A DNA stretch of 48,641 nt from Reclinomonas americana ATCC 50394 (taxonomy: Eukaryota), in the NCBI GenBank assembly GCA_048213135.1, contig PS015369.1, forward strand, positions 39,100 to 87,740, read 5' to 3'. Made by a program: the position numbers and the translations under genes. Positions 41,458 to 48,641 of this stretch are shown here, one piece after another. The notes beneath the pieces are model-generated. The model had not been told where the DNA came from. It saw only the letters and a list, made by a program, of their open reading frames with translations, and ran no database searches. Within the stretch, counting starts at the first letter, position 1. Each line of letters begins with the position of its first letter.

Positions 41458-44031
41458 TCACTGAAGAGTGACGCGCTCAAAGAGATAATCCGTGGTGACG
41501 CAAGCGCCCTCGCGCAGCAGAATGCGCTTCTTGTCCTCATCATTGACGACCCACACATTGACACCTGGTGCGAACACGCGTTAGGTTTCACACAAAGACA
41601 TGGCAAGAGATGGCGACAAACCATAGCCTGTGGGAGCAAGTAAGCACACACACACACACACTGCGAAAGAAACAAACAGGACAACCGCACCTCGATCACG
41701 CAAATGTCGGACCAGACGCTCCGTTGTTAGCAGGCTGTGCATGCCGAGTGCCGTGGCGCCGATAAATGATGGCAGCCACGTCATGCACGACCAATAAATA
41801 AAGAAATCCCACAAAAATGTTGCATGTTGCATGTACCACGGCAGCGCATCCAACGCCGACGGATCCTTGGCAGTGTCTGTGCCTCTCTGGTCAGCAAGCA
41901 TAGTCGGAAGGGAGGAGCTCTGTGGCGCGCAACTGCTGCACTGCCGAGACACCAGGTACCGCTGCGCCAGCAGGGTGGTGCGCACTTTCGGGTCGAATTG
42001 CCGCAGGTAGTACAAGAACAGCGGATTGAAGGAGATTACGTGGCAACGCTCGCGCACGTCGTCACCTGCGGGTGGAAATTGAGAAGGGAGGGAGGGAGGG
42101 ACAAGTGAAGTGAGGTCTCTGTCCACGAACCATGTCTCTCGAAAAAGTCGGCAAGCAGCTGTGCGTTGTGTCGCGAGTTCTTGAAGGGCTTGACCTCGAT
42201 AAACAGCATCCTGGCGAGACAGGGAGAGATGAGCATTACTTCGAAAAAAGGACTGGGGGAGAAGACGAAACTTCTTGTAGCGATTGACCAGCGCCACCAC
42301 ATCCTCCAAGGTGGGGATTTGAATGAGGGCGCTAAACAAACAAGATGAGTTCTCATTTGCGTGAATTACACAACAACACTCACTACCAACGCAACTCGGA
42401 GCCGCATGGCGCATTGGAGAGTTCCGGGTGCGCCTGCACCATCTTCTCCACCGAGAAGGCGTTGTACCGCACGTGACTCAGCAGCTCGTGGGAGGAGTGC
42501 GCTGAGAGTGGTCGCTCGACGCCAAACATGCGCTTGAGGGAGAAGTCGTGGTTGACAACGGCCACCTGCAAGGTGGGGAAAGGGGTGGCGGGAAGGGACA
42601 TGATGAGAGACATGACGAAGATCACAATGTTCGCTCTGTGACCGATGAAGAGTGGCAGAGAGGAGGAGGATCGCAGCGTGGTTGAACAAAAGACGAGAAG
42701 GTGATAAAGGGGGAGCTGCAAGATACCGATGCAGATGACGAGAAGAGGAGAGAGACACCAACAGTCGTCGCGCTCAGAGTCGAAGAGGTGAGAAGCCGAC
42801 GAGATACGGAGGAATGAGCAGCTGGGGCATTCTGAAGAACACAATGCTCGAGACAAGCAAGAGGAGGAGGACGAGAGAAAGAGATTGCGTGCTCAGTGTT
42901 TGAAGAGGTGAGAAATAGACGAGATGAGGAGTCGGAGTTGACATGAGAGGCATTCTGAAGAACACCAGGCTCGAGATGAAGAGCTGCGAGAGACACACCA
43001 GTGCAGGTTGGCAAGAGGAGAAGAGAGTGAAGAAGAGATGAAGCACTCAGTGCTTGAGAGGTGAGAAACCGACGAGACAAGGAGGCGCAGACGGCATGAG
43101 AGGCATTGTGAAGAACATCAGGCTCGACATGAAGAGCTGAGAGACACAAGTGCAGCTGACAACACACAAGCTGAGGACGAGAAGATAGAGAAGAAGAGGC
43201 GACGAGGCGCAGATGACATAAAAGGCATTCTGAAGAACACCAGGCTCGAGATGAAGAGCTGTGAGGCACACAAGCGCAGTTGGAGAAAGAGGAGATGAAG
43301 CCCTCGGGATTTGAAGAGATGAGAAATCGACTGAGATGAAAAGTCAAGGCACACAAACAATCACTCACACACACGAGAGACACACACCACAGAAGCACTG
43401 ATGCAACTCACCTCATCACTCGTCCAATGAATATCAATCTCAACTCCATCAACTCCCGCCTCCAGTGCGTGATAGAGCGAGGCCAGAGAGTTCTCCGGCA
43501 ACGTCGGCTTAACAGCACCACTAACAAAGAGAGAAAAGAGAGAGAGAGAAGAGAGTGAGAGAGAAGAACGACATGTCACGAGTCATGACAAGTTACAAAC
43601 ACACACACACACAGACACACACAGAGAGACACACACAGAGAGACACACACAGAGACATAGAGAGACACAGACACAGAGAGAGAGAGACACACACACACGG
43701 AGACACACAGAGACACGCACACACACAGGGACACACAGAGACACAAAGAGAGACACACAGAGACACATAGAGACACAGCACTCCCACACAGAGACACACT
43801 CTCAGTAACTCACACACACACTCACTCTCAACACACACATACACACACTCCCCCTTCTCATTCATCTCTCTCTCTCACTCACCGATGCCCAATCAGCTTC
43901 CCTGTGAGTTGCGTCTGCGCAGCGCGTCGCAGTTGCAGTGAGGTGGGGCCGACACGGAGCCAAAAGTAGGCCACAGTCGCCATGGCACTAAAGAGCATGA
44001 TGGCGCCGGCGAGCGCCTCGAGAACTGCCAT
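41458..44031 (-). CDS. Glycerophosphodiester phosphodiesterase (GDPD/GDE1-like) with N-terminal TM anchor
   Basis: [49 protein letters not shown] and GACVTTDY after splicing. Confidence 0.88.
42770..43335. repeat. Intronic degenerate tandem repeat (about 120-150 bp, 4 copies) in GDPD intron 2
   Basis: ggcatt(c/g)tgaagaaca...ctcga at about 42826, 42949, 43102 and 43224. Confidence 0.8.
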
Positions 44032-44806
44032 GATCGTGACAGACAGAGAAATCGAAAGTGTCACGTGGGACGCTGCTTTCCAACTGACGCACGTGTGAAT
44101 GCAGCAGCGTATACGCTGCCATTTGCGCTCTAAAAAAGCACATGCGGTCAGGCCTGCACCGATATCCATTGATTTATCGAGTTCGATATCTGGATCCGGC
44201 AAGTTGCGACTTCGCCTCTAAAGACAGCTGTGCTTCTCGGGTCCGGATACGCGCGTCACCTGGCGGTTGTCGTGGTGCGCACTATTGGCAGTGAGTGACC
44301 GGCTTGCAAGGCGATCACGATTTCGATATCAATTGCAAGCGACGCTCTGCAGACAGCTTCTCAGCATCCCCGTCTCCAATCCCTCGTCTTTGTGCATACA
44401 CTCTCCGCTTTCATGTACGCGCGCTACTTGATCATCGCAGTCAGTGCCAGCAGTTGTCGCTTGTATCGATATCGATATCGCGAAGTTCATTTTTTCCTCA
44501 ATTGAGCTGGCGACGCTCTTCGCGGTCAGCTTCCCGGCCTTCCCATTGCAGTTCGGCGGGTCTTGATATGCGCGAGAGTTGATAGCTGTCGTACAAGACT
44601 GTGAGTTGTCGACGTCCGGATGGATATCCGTTTTTCCTAAATTGATCGCGACGCTCTTCACAGACAGCTTCCCGGCATCCCGCCTCTCCAGTCCCCCCTT
44701 ACTCTGGACCGCGCACCACCTGCTCCTCTTCTACGTGGCACACACACACACACACACACAAGGCAGTGCGTGACAGGATTTGTCCGTTTTCTACTTTCGA
44801 GCGAGC

Positions 44807-46732
44807 ATGGGCAACAAGGCCTCCTCCGACCTCCTCAAGGCGCGCGTCAAGCAGCTCCACAACAGCAGCAACTCCTCGTCGCACACCAAACCGGCCGCAG
44901 AACGAGTTCCGTCTCAGTAACTCTTGGTTTTCTCTTTGTATGCACAGTGACAAGTGTTGACAGACGCGTGCCACACACTCACAGCCGACAGCCGCCATTG
45001 TGTGCTCCTCAGTGGACCCCACACGGTGAGCACTCTATCACACTACTCTTCTTCTGTCCTCCTCCCTCCTCACACATTCTCCCCACAGCTCCGGTCGCTC
45101 AGGCTCCATCACGCGAGTCACTCTCAACGCACAGTCACAGTCCAGTCATCATGTGCAGCAACGACGAGGCTCTGCACCCACTCTCTCTGTGGAGCCTCCA
45201 CTACACAAGCCACCACTCGTCAGTGGTCGTCGAGGCTCCACGCTCTCCACGCGTCTGGCCGAGCTCAGTGCGCTCTTGCACGATGTGCAGTGTGCCATTG
45301 AGCAGCGAGAGGAGCAGGAGGAGGAAGAGGAAGAGGAAGAAGAAGAGTTCCAGTCACTGGCCGCGGACAGTAAGCTGTCGATGTTGTTGCGCGTGCAGCA
45401 GTGCGAGTCACCGGCCACGTGCACCCTTGCGTCTTCGTCGTCGGCGATCACCGACTTGGATGAGATGAGTGGGAGGGCGGACGAGTCGACGGATAGTGCG
45501 GCCACGATGAGTGCAGAGGATGAGGAGGAGCGAGAGGAGAAGGAGCAAGAGCAGAAGGTGTCTGTGGAGGCACCACCACCACCAGCTGTCGTGGTGTCGT
45601 TGGTTGGCGAGACGCGACCTCGACCTGTCCGCTCACCACTGAGGTCTTTGCGGTTGCCGTTCACTGCGTCTCCTCTCTCCTCGACTGACTTTCGTGGCAT
45701 GCAGTGTGCTGTCGTTTTTGAGTGGTCGCTCGGAGACGGCCCTGCGTCGCGAGTTGTCGCACGTCACCGACGCGTTTGCGGAGGTGTCGATGACGGAGGT
45801 GGTGCCGCCGTGCATTCTCAGTGTCGTGGCGCAGAACCCGGCGGTTTTGCTTCCGCATGGGTTGACAGTGCCGCCGCTGCGTTTGCATGATCCGCAGCGT
45901 GCGCTTTTCAATGCCGCGTGGCGTGGCGACGTGGCCGCGGCGGAGCAGCTGCTGCGCGACGAAACACTGCAGTCGCAGGTGGATGTGGATGCACAGGATG
46001 CGCGCGGGCGCACCATGCTGTACATTGCGGCGTTTGCCGGTCACGAGCCTCTCGTGCACTTGCTGCTGCATGACGATTTCAGCGCCGACCCCACCATTCC
46101 CACCGACAAGGGCAGCACGCCGCTGCACTGGATCGTGGCATCGCCGAACAAGTTCTCCGCCAGCACTCTCCGACTGTTGCTGGAAAAGGGTACGCACAGC
46201 GATGCTGTCTCGCGATCGATGTGTCGCTTTTTAATTTACCTCTCCTTACAGGAGCCGACGTCAACGCGTGCGATCACCAGGGCGTCACGCCGTTGCAGCA
46301 GGCGATTCTGCACCGACACGCCGAGGCTGCAGCCACCATGCTCACCTACGCCTCACCTCCCATCTGTGCCGCCGACTTGTGGCGCACCGACGCGTGGCGA
46401 CGCTCCGTGCTCACGATTCTCCACAGCTTCTCCAATGTTACGCACACTGCTGCCTCGACAAGAACAAGACCCCGCTGTAGCTCAAGACTATGTGTTTACA
46501 GAACCTCCTGGCACGCCAGCTCATCGAAAGCGCCTGCCATATCCTCGTCGGCGTCTCCGACGAAGACGTCGGCAGTGCCGGCTGCGACGTTCGCCTCAAT
46601 TCCTCGCCACCGCAAGCCGCGCGCGGCAAACAACGACGCGCGTCTCTCAGTCTCATTAGTCAGTCAATAGCCCCCGTAGCGCCAGTGGAAGAGCCAGAGC
46701 TTGGAAGTCCAGGACAGCTTGTCCTCGTCTGA
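44807..46732 (+). CDS. Ankyrin-repeat protein with N-myristoylation-like start (MGNKAS)
   Basis: DARGRTMLYIAAFAGH, DKGSTPLHWI and DHQGVTPLQQAI ankyrin repeats; acidic low-complexity N-terminal part; 5' exon phases uncertain. Confidence 0.65.
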
Positions 46733-47058
46733 GTGAATTGTCCAAGGCGCGAAATCAACAAAGTGTGAGAGAGTGTGTGTGTGAGAGAGAGAGGAAAAGA
46801 GCAGTGTGCGTCTCTCTCTGTGTGTGTGTGCGTTTGTGTGTGTGTGTGTGTGAGTTTGAGAGGGAGAAAAAGGTGAACGTTGTCCTCACACACTTTCACT
46901 GTCTCTCTTTGTTGACTGTGACTCTGTGCGCACAGAGAGAGTGTGTGTGTGTCTCTCTCTGTTTGTGTGTGTGCGTGTGTGTGTCTGTGAGTGAGAGATT
47001 GGGAAAATCGCATTCGCTGCTTTTTTTCTCTCTTTCTCTCTCTCTGTGGAAAGAGTGA

Positions 47059-47993
47059 ATGCCACTTTCCGATTATGAAGTGCTTGGTGTGTTGGGACAA
47101 GGCACTTATGGAAAGGTATGTCTGTCTGTGTGAGTGAGTGTGAGTGAGAGAGAGAGAGAGGGAGACAGAGAGCGCGGGCCCTCGCGACTCCTCGAGAGAG
47201 CAACACAGCTTGTTGTCTCTTTCTTTCTCTGTCTGTGTTCTTCTCTCTCTCTCTCTCTNNNNNNNNNNNNNNNNNNNNNNNNNNNNNNNNNNNNNNNNNN
47301 NNNNNNNNNNNNNNNNNNNNNNNNNNNNNNNNNNNNNNNNNNNNNNNNNNNNNNNNNNNNNNNNNNNNNNNNNNNNNNNNNNNNNNNNNNNNNNNNNNNN
47401 NNNNNNNNNNNNNNNNNNNNNNNNNNNNNNNNNNNNNNNNNNNNNNNNNNNNNNNNNNNNNNNNNNNNNNNNNNNNNNNNNNNNNNNNNNNNNNNNNNNN
47501 NNNNNNNNNNNNNNNNNNNNNNNNNNNNNNNNNNNNNNNNNNNNNNNNNNNNNNNNNNNNNNNNNNNNNNNNNNNNNNNNNNNNNNNNNNNNNNNNNNNN
47601 NNNNNNNNNNNNNNNNNNNNNNNNNNNNNNNNNNNNNNNNNNNNNNNNNNNNNNNNNNNNNNNNNNNNNNNNNNNNNNNNNNNNNNNNNNNNNNNNNNNN
47701 NNNNNNNNNNNNNNNNNNNNNNNNNNNNNNNNNNNNNNNNNNNNNNNNNNNNNNNNNNNNNNNNNNNNNNNNNNNNNNNNNNNNNNNNNNNNNNNNNNNN
47801 NNNNNNNNNNNNNNNNNNNNNNNNNNNNNNNNNNNNNNNNNNNNNNNNNNNNNNNNNNNNNNNNNNNNNNNNNNNNNNNNNNNNNNNNNNNNNNNNNNNN
47901 NNNNNNNNNNNNNNNNNNNNNNNNNNNNNNNNNNNNNNNNNNNNNNNNNNNNNNNNNNNNNNNNNNNNNNNNNNNNNNNNNNNNNNNGTACGT

Positions 47994-48056
<63 letters not shown>

Positions 48057-48641
48057 TTCTCTCTCCTCCTCTGCTTCTCTGCGTGACTCTCCATTCTTCT
48101 GTCGCTGACTACTGTTGCTTCTCATTGCGCCTTCGTGCTTCCCTGTTGAGTTCTCGATCAGAATTTTGTCATTGATATGATCGCATGCTGATCCCAGTCT
48201 GCCGTTTCTTCTTCCTGCCTCTCTCTCTCTCTGACTCTCTGTGTGGTGTTGCTTGAGTTGTCGATCTGCACATGTCTCTGATTCAAGATCATGTACTCCA
48301 AGTTGATCTCTGTCTCTTTCCGTCCCTCTTCTTCTCTGTGCGACTCTCCATTCTTCTATTGCTGACTGCTGGCGTTGAGTTGCTGTTCTTGTCTTTGCTA
48401 CTCGCACGGACATCACAGTCCGATTGTTTTCTTTCTTCCTTCCTTTCTATCTCTCTCTCCCCTCTCATCGGGTGTCCCTCTTTACCATTCGATCTGTCGC
48501 ACCCTTATCGCAATGTTGTTGGAAAGAGAGTGATTCCTGCATGGTCTCACCCTTCCCTTCTCCTCCTCCCCCTCCTCCCCCTTTACCCCCTTCGTTTTCA
48601 AACAGGTCTACCGCGTTATTCGCCGCGCCGACGGCTTCGAG
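47059..48641 (+). CDS. Ser/Thr protein kinase, NEK-like, 5' part only
   Basis: Exon 47059-47115 MPLSDYEVLGVLGQGTYGK (AAG|GTATGT donor) joins 48606 onward VYRVIRRADGFE: Gly-rich loop and subdomain I; runs off the window. Confidence 0.75.

Noticed and set aside
46886-48416. Long ORFs running through N gaps (also 4779-5713, 8798-10366, 12374-13660)
   Set aside because: Open only because Ns contain no stop codons and the flanks are AG repeats.

Overview
Gene-dense, intron-rich, GC-rich eukaryotic (protist-like) draft scaffold with many N gaps and AG/CA microsatellites. By manual splicing I can model 14 protein-coding genes: an RRM-RRM-RING-H2 protein, a large SAC9-like phosphoinositide phosphatase with a FYVE-like finger, Arp10, cyclophilin B, a 7-repeat WD40 protein with near-identical repeats, a membrane RING protein, a TPR/coiled-coil protein, a secreted lectin-like/knottin-repeat protein, an intronless urea transporter-ankyrin fusion, a small secreted protein, a GH16 beta-1,3-glucanase, a GDPD, a myristoylation-motif ankyrin protein and the start of a NEK-like kinase. 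The strongest unexpected signal is in splicing: about 26 introns use the same atypical donor H|GTTGCG (plus GTTGAG/GTTACG/GTTTCG variants). These never have G at exon position -1, and their conserved G sits at +6 instead of +5, suggesting a register-shifted 5' splice-site class used throughout the window. Gene models are hand-built without transcript data, and several cross assembly gaps.
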